Shown: positions 45,967 to 55,076, numbered from the stretch's first letter. The stretch: DNA of 64,000 bases from an uncultured Flavobacterium sp. (GCF_963975005.1 NZ_CAXBFR010000001.1:9594-73593), one strand, 5' to 3'. The notes: generated from the sequence alone by a model not told the origin. Numbers and translations: made by a program.

Positions 45967-46656
45967 ATGTACGCAATCGTAGAGATAGCAGGGCAACAAT
46001 TTAAAGTTAGCAAAGACCAAAAAGTTTTTGTACACCGTTTATCTGAAGATGAAGGTTCGAAAGTTACTTTCGACAAAGTTCTTTTAGTAGACGATAATGG
46101 TACAGTTACTCTAGGCGCCCCAGCTATAGAAGGTGCTTCTGTTGAAGCCAAAGTGTTAAGACACTTAAAAGGAGATAAAGTAATCGTTTTCAAGAAGAAA
46201 AGAAGAAAAGGGTACAAAAAGAAAAATGGTCATAGACAATCATTATCTCAAATCGTAATTGAAGGAATTTTAGCAACTGGTTCTAAAAAGGCTGCTCCTA
46301 AAAAGGAAGAAGCAAAAAAAGAAGCTCCAGCTAAAGCTCAAAAATTAGTAGAAACTCCTGCTGCTGAAGCGAAAGCTCCAAAAGCAAAAGCTTCTAAAAA
46401 AGGAGATGATTTGAAATTGATCGAAGGAGTTGGTCCTAAAGCTGCTGAAGTATTAGTTGCTGCTGGTATTGATACTTTCGCAAAATTGGCTAAAACTTCT
46501 GCAGAAAAAGTAAAAGAAATTTTAGATGCTGCTGAAGCTAAAGTACAACATTTAGATCCAGGTACTTGGGCACAACAAGCTCAATTAGCTGCTGATGGTA
46601 AAATGGACGAATTAAAAAAATTACAAGACGAATTAAACGGTGGTAAAGCTGTTTAA
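45967..46656 (+). CDS. rplU: 50S ribosomal protein L21 with ~125-aa C-terminal extension
   Basis: [14 protein letters not shown].. L21 core (~104 aa), then an AKP-rich linker and an HhH-like [29 protein letters not shown] module. Confidence 0.9.
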   Translation: MYAIVEIAGQQFKVSKDQKVFVHRLSEDEGSKVTFDKVLLVDDNGTVTLGAPAIEGASVEAKVLRHLKGDKVIVFKKKRRKGYKKKNGHRQSLSQIVIEGILATGSKKAAPKKEEAKKEAPAKAQKLVETPAAEAKAPKAKASKKGDDLKLIEGVGPKAAEVLVAAGIDTFAKLAKTSAEKVKEILDAAEAKVQHLDPGTWAQQAQLAADGKMDELKKLQDELNGGKAV

Positions 46657-46687
46657 TTTTAATATTAACTTATAAAACCAAAACATC

Positions 46688-46948
46688 ATGGCTCACAAGA
46701 AAGGTGTCGGTAGTTCGAAGAATGGTAGAGAATCAGAATCGAAACGTTTAGGCGTTAAGATTTATGGTGGTCAAGCTGCTATTGCTGGAAACATAATCGT
46801 AAGACAAAGAGGTTCTAAACACAATCCGGGTGAAAACGTTTACATGGGTAAAGATCATACTTTACATGCAAGAGTTGACGGATTAGTTAAGTTTCAGAAA
46901 AAAGGAGAGAACAAATCATTTGTATCTATAGTTCCTTTTGAAGCATAA
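46688..46948 (+). CDS. rpmA: 50S ribosomal protein L27
   Basis: [24 protein letters not shown].. canonical L27 N-terminus. Confidence 0.95.
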   Translation: MAHKKGVGSSKNGRESESKRLGVKIYGGQAAIAGNIIVRQRGSKHNPGENVYMGKDHTLHARVDGLVKFQKKGENKSFVSIVPFEA

Positions 46949-46975
46949 TTAGTTAATCTTCAAAAAAATAAAAAT

Positions 46976-47003
46976 CCCAATTCGAAAGAGTTGGGTTTTT
47001 TTT
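46976..47003 (+). terminator. intrinsic terminator after rpmA
   Basis: CCCAATTC-GAAA-GAGTTGGG hairpin (one mismatch) followed by T8. Confidence 0.75.
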
Positions 47004-47017
47004 GTTTATTTACTTTT

Positions 47018-47077
47018 ATCCTGAACTTGTTTCAGGATCTTTTCATGAGATTTCTGATGCTGAAATTAATTCAGCAT
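47018..47077. repeat. two palindromic elements of the CTGAA..TTCAG family after the rpmA terminator
   Basis: ATCCTGAACTTGTTTCAGGAT (47018-47038) and ATGCTGAAATTAATTCAGCAT (47057-47077). A degenerate third copy lies at 47253-47273. Confidence 0.85.
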
Positions 47078-47213
47078 TACAATGATAGGAATATTTTATG
47101 AATTGAAAACGATACTGCAATAGGGATAGCAATGGCAGCTTTTGCAAAACTTTGATAAATGGTTTTGCAAAACTAGAATGAATAGCGCGGTGCCTTGGCA
47201 ATTGCTCAAAAGA

Positions 47214-47239
47214 AAACCCTTACATTGCTGCAAGGGTTT
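47214..47239 (-). terminator. terminator hairpin downstream of ahcY
   Basis: AAACCCTT (47214-47221) pairs with AAGGGTTT (47232-47239). On the minus strand it is followed by TTCTTTT. Confidence 0.6.
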
Positions 47240-47287
47240 ATTCTTAATTGAGATGCTAAATCAAGTTCAGCATAACAAAAAAATATA

Positions 47288-48604
47288 CTAGTATCTGTAA
47301 TATTCTGGTTTAAATGGTCCTTCAACAGGTACGCCAATATATGATGCTTGATCTGGTCTTAATTCTTCCAATTCAACGCCTAATTTAGCTAAGTGAAGAG
47401 CTGCTACTTTTTCATCTAAATGTTTTGGTAACATATAAACTTCATTTTTGTATGCAGCAGTGTTAGTCCAAAGTTCTAATTGAGCTAATGTTTGGTTTGT
47501 GAATGAATTACTCATAACAAAACTTGGGTGACCTGTAGCGCAACCAAGGTTAACTAAACGACCTTCGGCTAAGATAATGATGTCTTTTCCGTTAATTGTG
47601 TATTTGTCAACTTGTGGTTTGATTTCATTTTTAGTAGCACCATGTGTTTTGTTTAACCAAGCCATGTCGATTTCGTTATCGAAGTGACCAATGTTACAAA
47701 CGATAGTTTTATCTTTCATTTGCTCAAAGTGAGAACCTAAAATAATATCTTTATTTCCTGTAGTTGTGATGATAATATCTGCATTACCTACAACCGTGTT
47801 TAGTTTTTTAACTTCAAATCCGTCCATTGCAGCTTGTAAAGCACAAATTGGGTCAATTTCAGTAACAGTTACAATAGAACCTGCACCTTTAAATGAAGCA
47901 GCAGTTCCTTTTCCAACATCACCGTATCCACAAACCACAACTCTTTTCCCAGCTAACATAAGATCAGTTGCTCTTCTTACTGCGTCAACTGCAGATTCTT
48001 TACAACCATATTTGTTATCGAATTTAGATTTAGTAACTGAATCATTTACGTTTATAGCAGGCATGTGTAAAGTTCCGTTTTTCATTCTTTCGTATAAACG
48101 GTGAACTCCAGTTGTAGTTTCTTCAGATAATCCTTTAATATCAGCAATTAATTCAGGAAAACGGTCAAAAACCATATTTGTTAAATCTCCACCATCATCA
48201 AGAATCATGTTTAATGGTTTTCTGTCTTCACCAAACCATAATGTTTGTTCGATACACCAATCAAATTCTTCTTCATTTAATCCTTTCCATGCGTAAACCG
48301 GAATTCCAGCAGCAGCAATAGCAGCAGCAGCATGATCTTGAGTTGAAAAGATATTACAAGAAGACCAAGTAACATCAGCACCAAGAGCAACTAAAGTTTC
48401 AATTAATACTGCAGTTTGAATTGTCATGTGTAAACATCCAGCAATTCTAGCTCCTTTTAAAGGTTGGCTTGCACCATACTCTTCTCTTAAGGCCATTAAT
48501 CCTGGCATTTCAGCTTCAGCTAATTCAATTTCTTTTCTTCCCCAGTCCGCTAAAGTGATATCTTTAACTTTATAAGGTACATAATTTACGATTTTTGTAC
48601 TCAT
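47288..48604 (-). CDS. ahcY: adenosylhomocysteinase
   Basis: 438 aa with the NAD-binding GYGDVGKG motif and the SAHH signature region. Confidence 0.95.
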   Translation of the reverse strand: MSTKIVNYVPYKVKDITLADWGRKEIELAEAEMPGLMALREEYGASQPLKGARIAGCLHMTIQTAVLIETLVALGADVTWSSCNIFSTQDHAAAAIAAAGIPVYAWKGLNEEEFDWCIEQTLWFGEDRKPLNMILDDGGDLTNMVFDRFPELIADIKGLSEETTTGVHRLYERMKNGTLHMPAINVNDSVTKSKFDNKYGCKESAVDAVRRATDLMLAGKRVVVCGYGDVGKGTAASFKGAGSIVTVTEIDPICALQAAMDGFEVKKLNTVVGNADIIITTTGNKDIILGSHFEQMKDKTIVCNIGHFDNEIDMAWLNKTHGATKNEIKPQVDKYTINGKDIIILAEGRLVNLGCATGHPSFVMSNSFTNQTLAQLELWTNTAAYKNEVYMLPKHLDEKVAALHLAKLGVELEELRPDQASYIGVPVEGPFKPEYYRY

Positions 48605-48637
48605 CTATTGTATATTTGTATTATTAATTTTAAAGTG

Positions 48638-48645
48638 CAAAGGTA
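48638..48645 (-). promoter_or_regulatory. -7 box TACCTTTG upstream of ahcY
   Basis: Minus-strand TAnnTTTG, 34 nt before the start at 48604. Confidence 0.55.
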
Positions 48646-48732
48646 AGGAATTCCTTTTTATTTTTAAAATTGATTCACTTATTTTGTGAATTGTTTAATA
48701 GTATAATCAACTGAAATTCAATAAAATATTCA

Positions 48733-49380
48733 ATGCCACTACATAAAGTTATTTATTTATCTAACAACACTAAATTATATTTGTGGAAAATCACAGAAGA
48801 CTTAGATACGTTGTCTAAAGATACAAAATTAAAAGATTCTTCAATTGCAAGATTAGAATCCATGAAATCTGAAAGTCATAAAAAAGGGTTTTTAGCTGTT
48901 AGAAAGTTGTTGCAACATATTGATTACAATGATTTTGACTTATATTATGATGCATTTGGAAAGCCTAATTTAAAGCCTCAAGGATGTAGTATAAAGGATA
49001 TGCACATTTCCATTTCTCATTCACATGATTTTTCAGCTATTGCTATTAGTGAAAGAAATATTGGAATCGATATTGAAATTCTCAAAGAAAAAATAATTAG
49101 AATAGCTCCCAAGTTTATGGATATTTCTCATATTGAAAATCTAAACGTTAAAGAGCAAATCGAAAAAGCAACTGTCATTTGGGGAATTAAAGAAAGTATT
49201 TTTAAAATCAAAAATGAACCTGGAATAAGTTTTCCAAAGCATATTTTTGAAGACAACTTTATTTTTGAAGACAAAGTAGCAACGGCCAAATTAAAATTTA
49301 ATAACAAAGTAGAAAAATTTACCATTGAATTTGATTCTTATGATGGATATATGTTTGTTTGTGCTTTTGAGAATAATTAA
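48733..49380 (+). CDS. 4'-phosphopantetheinyl transferase (Sfp-type) family protein
   Basis: IGIDIEIL and WGIKESIFK (W..KE..K) PPTase motifs. Confidence 0.75.
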   Translation: MPLHKVIYLSNNTKLYLWKITEDLDTLSKDTKLKDSSIARLESMKSESHKKGFLAVRKLLQHIDYNDFDLYYDAFGKPNLKPQGCSIKDMHISISHSHDFSAIAISERNIGIDIEILKEKIIRIAPKFMDISHIENLNVKEQIEKATVIWGIKESIFKIKNEPGISFPKHIFEDNFIFEDKVATAKLKFNNKVEKFTIEFDSYDGYMFVCAFENN

Positions 49381-50096
49381 TGAAAAATATTTATCAAGAA
49401 ATACTAAATTCTAAAAACAGGAACGAAAAGTTACTTGCTATTTTAATTGATCCTGATAAAATTCAGTTAGAGCAATTAGATAACTTGATTTTAAAAATAA
49501 ATCAATCACCTGCAACACATGTTTTTGTTGGAGGAAGCTTTGTTGAAACAAATCAAATAGATTTAATTATCCAAGAAATTAAATTAAACTGTAACTTACC
49601 AATCCTTTTATTTCCAGGAAATCCATCACAAATTTCAGCATATGCTGATGGTGTTTTATTTCTAAATTTAATTTCAGGCAGAAATTCAGACTATTTAATT
49701 GAACATCAAGTTAATGCAGTTCCAATTCTTGAAAAAACAGCTTTAGAAGTTATTTCTACAGGTTATGTTTTAATTGCAAGCGGAAAAGAAACGGCTGTTG
49801 AACGTATAAGTCAAACAAAACCTTTAAATAGAAATGATATAGATTATGTTTGTCAAACCACAAAAGCAGGAGAATATATGGGAAATAAATTAATTTATTT
49901 AGAAGCAGGAAGTGGTGCCGAAAAAGCAATTCCGTTAGAGATGATTAAAGAAGTTTCTAAAAAACTGACTATCCCTTTAATTATTGGTGGTGGAATTAGA
50001 TCTAAAATTGGAATCGAAAATGCGTTTAAAGCAGGAGCTGATTTAGTGGTAATAGGAACTGCTTTTGAAAACAACGCTAATTTTTTTGAAGAATGA
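49380..50096 (+). CDS. geranylgeranylglyceryl phosphate synthase family protein (PcrB/GGGPS-like TIM barrel)
   Basis: ~238 aa with YLEAGSGA and IGGGIRS phosphate-binding motifs typical of GGGPS/PcrB. Start overlaps the PPTase stop (ATGA-type junction). Confidence 0.75.
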   Translation: MKNIYQEILNSKNRNEKLLAILIDPDKIQLEQLDNLILKINQSPATHVFVGGSFVETNQIDLIIQEIKLNCNLPILLFPGNPSQISAYADGVLFLNLISGRNSDYLIEHQVNAVPILEKTALEVISTGYVLIASGKETAVERISQTKPLNRNDIDYVCQTTKAGEYMGNKLIYLEAGSGAEKAIPLEMIKEVSKKLTIPLIIGGGIRSKIGIENAFKAGADLVVIGTAFENNANFFEE

Positions 50097-50707
50097 TAGA
50101 GTTTTTATTTTCACAATACAAAGGGTATGAAACAATTGATATTGTCTTAGAAATTATTGCAATTTTATTTGGACTTGCGAGTGTTCTTCTTGCCAAAAAA
50201 AACAATATATTGGTTTATCCCACAGGAATTGTAAGTACAATTATTTTTGTTTATTTACTTAATAAATGGGGCTTGGTTGGAGATATGTTAATTAATGGTT
50301 ATTACACGACTATGAGCATATATGGTTGGTATATTTGGACAAGAAAAACTGATGACAAACCCGAATTTCCGATTTCAAGAGTTACTACGCAAGAAATTTA
50401 TTATGGCATCATTATTTTTTTGATAACAATAGCTTTCGTAGTAATAGTCTATAAATATTTTAATAAATTTACACATTGGACAGCTTATGTAGACACATTT
50501 ACAACGGGTGTTTTCTTTGTAGGAATGTGGTTAATGGCAAAAAGGAAGATAGAAAACTGGATACTTTGGATCATTGGGGATATAGTTTCTGTACCTTTAT
50601 ATTTTTACAAGGGATATACTTTTACTAGTATTCAATATGTTATATTTACAATAATTGCAATTTATGCTTATTTAGAATGGAAGAAAAACTTAGCAAAAAA
50701 GATATAA
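50093..50707 (+). CDS. pnuC: PnuC family (nicotinamide riboside-type) transporter
   Basis: ~200 aa, 7-8 TM segments, and Trp-rich motifs (GWYIW, ENWILWIIGD) typical of PnuC. Confidence 0.75.
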   Translation: MIEFLFSQYKGYETIDIVLEIIAILFGLASVLLAKKNNILVYPTGIVSTIIFVYLLNKWGLVGDMLINGYYTTMSIYGWYIWTRKTDDKPEFPISRVTTQEIYYGIIIFLITIAFVVIVYKYFNKFTHWTAYVDTFTTGVFFVGMWLMAKRKIENWILWIIGDIVSVPLYFYKGYTFTSIQYVIFTIIAIYAYLEWKKNLAKKI

Positions 50708-52218
50708 AACAAATTCAAGATAAAGGGATTTTGTTAGATAAAATAGAACAACAACTTCAGTTTTTTACTAATGGAATAGCAAAAGTAAATCTTGAAAAGT
50801 CTGCAACAATTAATGATGGTATTTTAGTTTTTTCTACTGAAGAAATTGAAGAACTATGTCAATTTTTTGATAAAAACAAAAGTAATAGAACTATAAAAAA
50901 GTTTGTTCCTGCTTCAGGTGCTGCCAGTAGAATGTTCAAATTTTTGATAGAATTTTTAACTGAATTTAGTTTTGAAGAAGGAACAATAAATTCATATATA
51001 AACCACAAACAAGAACACGATTTGCCTGTTTTTCTAGTTGGGATGAAAGATTTTCCTTTTTATAGCGAAGTAAAAGATCAAGTCATTCAATTAAATTCAA
51101 ATTATTATGAACTTGAAAAAGATGAAAAAGATTATCTTTTTATAAAAACACTTTTGTCTTCCGAATATTTTAATTTTGCGAATAAACCAAAAGGAATTTT
51201 GCCATTTCATACCAAAGATAAAGCAGTTTTAACTCCAGTTGAAGAACACTTAAGTGAGACTTTTTTTTATAAAAAAGAAGGTGAAAAAGCAAAAGTTCAT
51301 TTTACAATTTCAAAAGAGCATCAAGAACATTTTGAAACTATCACAAAGAATCAGTCTAATATTGATGTTACTTACTCTTATCAAAAAGAATCAACAGATA
51401 CAATAGCGGTTAATCTTGATAATACACCTTTCAGATTGGAAGATGGTAGCTTGTTATTTAGGCCAGGTGGACATGGTGCATTAATTGAAAATTTAAATCA
51501 ATTAGAATCAGATATTATTTTCATAAAAAACATTGATAATGTTTCGCAAAATCATATTGTGGATATAATTAAATATAAAAAAGTATTAGGCGGTTTGTTA
51601 ATAAAAATCCAAGAACAAGTTTTTGATTATTTAGAAAAATTAGAGAGCAAAAATGTTACGGAAGAATTAATAACTGAAATTAAAAGTTTTGCAAAAGAAA
51701 AGTTAAACATTTCATTACCCATTAGTTTTGATAAATTTCAATTGGAGTATAAAGTTGAGTTTCTTTTTAATGAATTAAACCGACCAATACGTGTTTGTGG
51801 AATGGTTAAAAACGAAGGAGAGCCTGGTGGAGGCCCTTTTTGGGTTAAAAACGAAAACGGATTATCATCATTGCAAATAGTTGAAACTTCTCAAATTAAT
51901 TTAAAAGATAAAGTACAAAAGAAAATTGCTGAATTTGCCACTCATTTTAACCCAGTTGACTTGGTTTGTGGTATTAAAGATTATAAAAACAAAAAGTTTG
52001 ATTTAACACAATTTGTCGATGAGAAAACAGGTTTTATCGTAGAAAAAAACAAGTTTGGAAAACCTGTAAAATCTTTTGAATTACCTGGCCTATGGAATGG
52101 AGCAATGGCTAATTGGATTACTCTTTTTGTAGAAGTGCCCTTGTCTACTTTTAATCCTGTTAAAACGGTAAATGACTTATTAAAACCTTCTCACCAACCA
52201 GAAGATAAAATTGCTTAA
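50677..52218 (+). CDS. DUF4301-like protein with UDP-sugar-pyrophosphorylase-like nucleotidyltransferase motifs
   Basis: 513 aa. FVPASGAASRMFK and RPGGHGALIENL resemble UGPase-type motifs. Overlaps the pnuC 3' end by 31 nt, with no alternative in-frame ATG. Confidence 0.55.
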   Translation: MEEKLSKKDIKQIQDKGILLDKIEQQLQFFTNGIAKVNLEKSATINDGILVFSTEEIEELCQFFDKNKSNRTIKKFVPASGAASRMFKFLIEFLTEFSFEEGTINSYINHKQEHDLPVFLVGMKDFPFYSEVKDQVIQLNSNYYELEKDEKDYLFIKTLLSSEYFNFANKPKGILPFHTKDKAVLTPVEEHLSETFFYKKEGEKAKVHFTISKEHQEHFETITKNQSNIDVTYSYQKESTDTIAVNLDNTPFRLEDGSLLFRPGGHGALIENLNQLESDIIFIKNIDNVSQNHIVDIIKYKKVLGGLLIKIQEQVFDYLEKLESKNVTEELITEIKSFAKEKLNISLPISFDKFQLEYKVEFLFNELNRPIRVCGMVKNEGEPGGGPFWVKNENGLSSLQIVETSQINLKDKVQKKIAEFATHFNPVDLVCGIKDYKNKKFDLTQFVDEKTGFIVEKNKFGKPVKSFELPGLWNGAMANWITLFVEVPLSTFNPVKTVNDLLKPSHQPEDKIA

Positions 52219-52620
52219 ATGGATAAATATATTCTTTTAAAAGAACTTAACTACAAAGCTATTAGAAGTAGTGGAGCAGGTGGGCAAAATGTAAATAAAG
52301 TTTCGTCTAAAGTAGTTTTGAATTTTGATTTAGAAAATTCTAATGGTTTGACTGAAAATGAAAAAACCTATTTAAAGGAAAAATTAGCTTCAAAATTGAC
52401 TCAAGAATTTATTTTGATTTTAAATTGTGATGAAGACAGAAGTCAAATAAAAAACAAATCCATTGTCACCAAACGTTTTATAGGGATCATTGAAAAAGGA
52501 TTAACAAAGCCAAAAATAAGAAGAGCAACAAAAGCAACAAAAGCTTCTAAAGAAAGACGTTTAAAATCTAAAAAGACTACAGCCTTACTTAAACAAAATA
52601 GAAAAAAACCTGATTTATAG
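52219..52620 (+). CDS. arfB: alternative ribosome-rescue factor ArfB (peptidyl-tRNA hydrolase, GGQ)
   Basis: 133 aa with the SSGAGGQNVNKVSSKV motif and a basic C-terminal tail. Confidence 0.85.
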   Translation: MDKYILLKELNYKAIRSSGAGGQNVNKVSSKVVLNFDLENSNGLTENEKTYLKEKLASKLTQEFILILNCDEDRSQIKNKSIVTKRFIGIIEKGLTKPKIRRATKATKASKERRLKSKKTTALLKQNRKKPDL

Positions 52621-52693
52621 TATTAAGAATGATGCGGTTAGAAAAAGTTTTAAAAATCTTAATACTTAATACTCAAATCTTAATACTTTCAAT

Positions 52694-52701
52694 TATATTT
52701 G
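52694..52701 (+). promoter_or_regulatory. -7 box TATATTTG driving the TPP riboswitch leader
   Basis: TAnnTTTG immediately 5' of the riboswitch P1 stem. Confidence 0.6.
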
Positions 52702-52703
52702 CA

Positions 52704-52788
52704 CTGTCTCAAAGGGGTGCTCTAAAAAACGAGCTGAGATTATACCCATAGAACCTAGAACAGGTAATGCTGTTTAGGGAATAGACAC
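52704..52788 (+). promoter_or_regulatory. TPP (THI-box) riboswitch aptamer
   Basis: GGGGTGC .. GCTGAGA .. TACCC .. GAACCT .. CAGGTAATGCTG .. TAGGGA in canonical order. P1 is tgtct (52705-52709) paired with agaca (52783-52787). Starts ~5 nt after a TATATTTG -7 box. Confidence 0.85.
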
Positions 52789-52830
52789 AAGCAAATGTGC
52801 ACGTTTGCTTGTGTCTGGAGTTTTTCAATT
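52783..52830 (+). terminator. 13-bp perfect hairpin plus U-tract: expression platform of the TPP riboswitch
   Basis: AGACACAAGCAAA (52783-52795) pairs with TTTGCTTGTGTCT (52804-52816), followed by GGAGTTTTTCAATTTT. Confidence 0.7.
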
Positions 52831-52883
52831 TTAATTTTAACCAAAGAATAATTACCCCTTTTATTCGTATAATTTATTTACGA

Positions 52884-55076
52884 ATGAAACAATTATTTGC
52901 AAAAAGTACAAAGTACAAAGTACAAAGTACAAAGACTTATTTAAGTCTATTCACTTTATTTTACTCGGCATTTGCCATTTCACAGGAAGTAGAAACAGAT
53001 TCAACTAAAGTTACACAGCTTAAAGAAGTTGTATTGACATCTGTTCGAGCAAAAGAAAAAGATCCAATTACTTTTACTAATATTTCTAAAGAAGAAATTG
53101 CTAAAAGAAATCTTGGACAAGACCTTCCAGTTTTATTAAACTATCAGCCTTCTGTTGTAACTACAACCGATGCCGGAAATGGTGTAGGTTATACTTACAT
53201 GCGTGTAAGAGGCTCTGATGGTTCTAGAATTAACGTAACATTAAACGGAGTTCCATTTAATGATAGTGAGAGTCAAGGAACTTTCTTTGTTAATTTGCCC
53301 GATTTTGCTTCATCCATACAAAGTGCTCAATTGCAAAGAGGAGTTGGAACTTCTACAAATGGAGCTGGAGCTTTTGGAGCAAGTTTAAATGTAGAAACAA
53401 AATCTTATCAAGAAGAAGCTTATGCGGAAATTGCTAACTCTGTTGGTAGTTTTGGAACTAGAAAACACACTTTAGCTTTTGGAACAGGCTTGCAAAACAA
53501 TTTTGAAATAAACGGTAGACTGTCTCAAATTGCTTCTGATGGTTTTATTGATAGAGCTTCAACTAACATGTTTGGGTATTTTTTGAATGCTAATTATGTA
53601 AAAGAAAATACACTAATAAAATTTTTGGCTTTTGGAGGAAAAGAGAAAACCTATCAAGCATGGTATGGTCTTGAAGATGAGGAAAAGCTAAAAAATGATA
53701 GAACTTATAATGTTGCAGGAATCTATTTTGATGAATATGGAAATGAGCAATTTTATGATAATGAAACTGATAACTATTGGCAAAATCATTTTCAATTGCA
53801 TTGGTCAGAGAAGTGGAATTCTAAATGGAATTCTAATGTTGCTTTGCATTACACTTTAGGGAAAGGATATTTTGAACAATATAAAGAAGACGAAATGCTT
53901 TCGGATTATAATTTACCTGATTTTAATGGAAATTCAATTTCAGATTTAGTTCGAAAAAGATGGCTAGACAATGACTTTTTTGGAGCTACAGCATCCTTAA
54001 ATTATGATTCTAAAAAGACTAGCTTTCAAATAGGCGGTGCTGCAAATCGTTATTTAGGGAAGCATTATGGTGAAGTAGTAGATACTCAATATTATGTTCC
54101 AAATGCGAATCGTTATTACGATAATTTTGGAAACAAAGATGATGTAAATGTCTACGGTAAAATATCACATGAAGTTATTAATAAATTAAGTGTTTTTGCA
54201 GATATGCAATATCGAATGGTTTTTTACCAAGCAGATAGTTATAAGTTTGAGGAAGATGTAAATGACACGTTTCGTTTCTTTAATCCAAAAGTAGGATTGA
54301 ATTATCAATTGAATAATTCCAATATGTTTTATGGTTATTTCGGAATTGCAAACAAAGAACCAAGAAGAGATGATTATGAAAACGGAAGTACAAAATCAGA
54401 ACGTTTGAAAGATTTAGAACTAGGATGGAAATATAATTCTAAAAAACTGAAAGTAAATACTAATGCATTTTTTATGGACTATACCGATCAGTTGGTTTTA
54501 ACAGGTGCTTTAAACGATGTAGGTTCGCCAATTTTCACAAATAGTGGGAAAAGTTATAGAGTTGGACTTGAAATTGATGCACAAATTGAAATTACAGACA
54601 AATTGTTTTTTCAGCCTAATGTTACCTTAAGTCAAAATAAAAATAAAGATTTCAATTTTCAACGTGATGGTATTTTGAAAAATTTAGGAGATACTAACAT
54701 TGCTTTTTCTCCAAATTTAATTGCTGGTGGAAACATTACTTTTTTGCCAATAAAGTCACTACAAGTTTCTTTACTATCTAAATATGTTAGCAAACAATAT
54801 ATGGGAAATATTGATGCGAAAAAATCAGAATTAGAAGCTTATTTTATAAATGATTTAAATATAAACTATGAATGGAAAATTAACAAAGGCATAAAATCAA
54901 TTATTTTGTCTGGATTAGTAAATAATATTTTTGATGTAAAATATATTTCTAACGGTTATTTCTACACTTATGATGATAATTATTCAAATCCTCCTGCAAT
55001 AACAACAATTGAAGGAGCAGGTTATTATCCTCAAGCGGGCATAAATTTTTTAGCCGGAATGGTATTAAAATTTTAA
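52884..55076 (+). CDS. TonB-dependent receptor (thiamine-riboswitch controlled)
   Basis: Signal peptide, plug (TFTNISKEEI..LNYQPSVV..YMRVRGSD..INVTLNGVPFND), 22-strand-type barrel and terminal F. Start moved to the ATG at 52884, because the track start at 52797 lies inside the riboswitch terminator. Confidence 0.85.
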   Translation: MKQLFAKSTKYKVQSTKTYLSLFTLFYSAFAISQEVETDSTKVTQLKEVVLTSVRAKEKDPITFTNISKEEIAKRNLGQDLPVLLNYQPSVVTTTDAGNGVGYTYMRVRGSDGSRINVTLNGVPFNDSESQGTFFVNLPDFASSIQSAQLQRGVGTSTNGAGAFGASLNVETKSYQEEAYAEIANSVGSFGTRKHTLAFGTGLQNNFEINGRLSQIASDGFIDRASTNMFGYFLNANYVKENTLIKFLAFGGKEKTYQAWYGLEDEEKLKNDRTYNVAGIYFDEYGNEQFYDNETDNYWQNHFQLHWSEKWNSKWNSNVALHYTLGKGYFEQYKEDEMLSDYNLPDFNGNSISDLVRKRWLDNDFFGATASLNYDSKKTSFQIGGAANRYLGKHYGEVVDTQYYVPNANRYYDNFGNKDDVNVYGKISHEVINKLSVFADMQYRMVFYQADSYKFEEDVNDTFRFFNPKVGLNYQLNNSNMFYGYFGIANKEPRRDDYENGSTKSERLKDLELGWKYNSKKLKVNTNAFFMDYTDQLVLTGALNDVGSPIFTNSGKSYRVGLEIDAQIEITDKLFFQPNVTLSQNKNKDFNFQRDGILKNLGDTNIAFSPNLIAGGNITFLPIKSLQVSLLSKYVSKQYMGNIDAKKSELEAYFINDLNINYEWKINKGIKSIILSGLVNNIFDVKYISNGYFYTYDDNYSNPPAITTIEGAGYYPQAGINFLAGMVLKF
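52904..52934 (+). repeat. AAGTACA heptamer x4.4 inside the 5' coding region of the TonB-dependent receptor
   Basis: Direct reading. Translates as KSTKYKVQSTK in the n-region of the signal peptide. Confidence 0.9.

Noticed and set aside
48605-48732. SAH or SAM riboswitch upstream of ahcY, and a SAM riboswitch upstream of the trans-sulfuration gene at 16401-16480.
   Set aside because: The leaders are short and AT-rich (about 30 nt after the -7 box for ahcY), and I see no conserved riboswitch helices or motifs.
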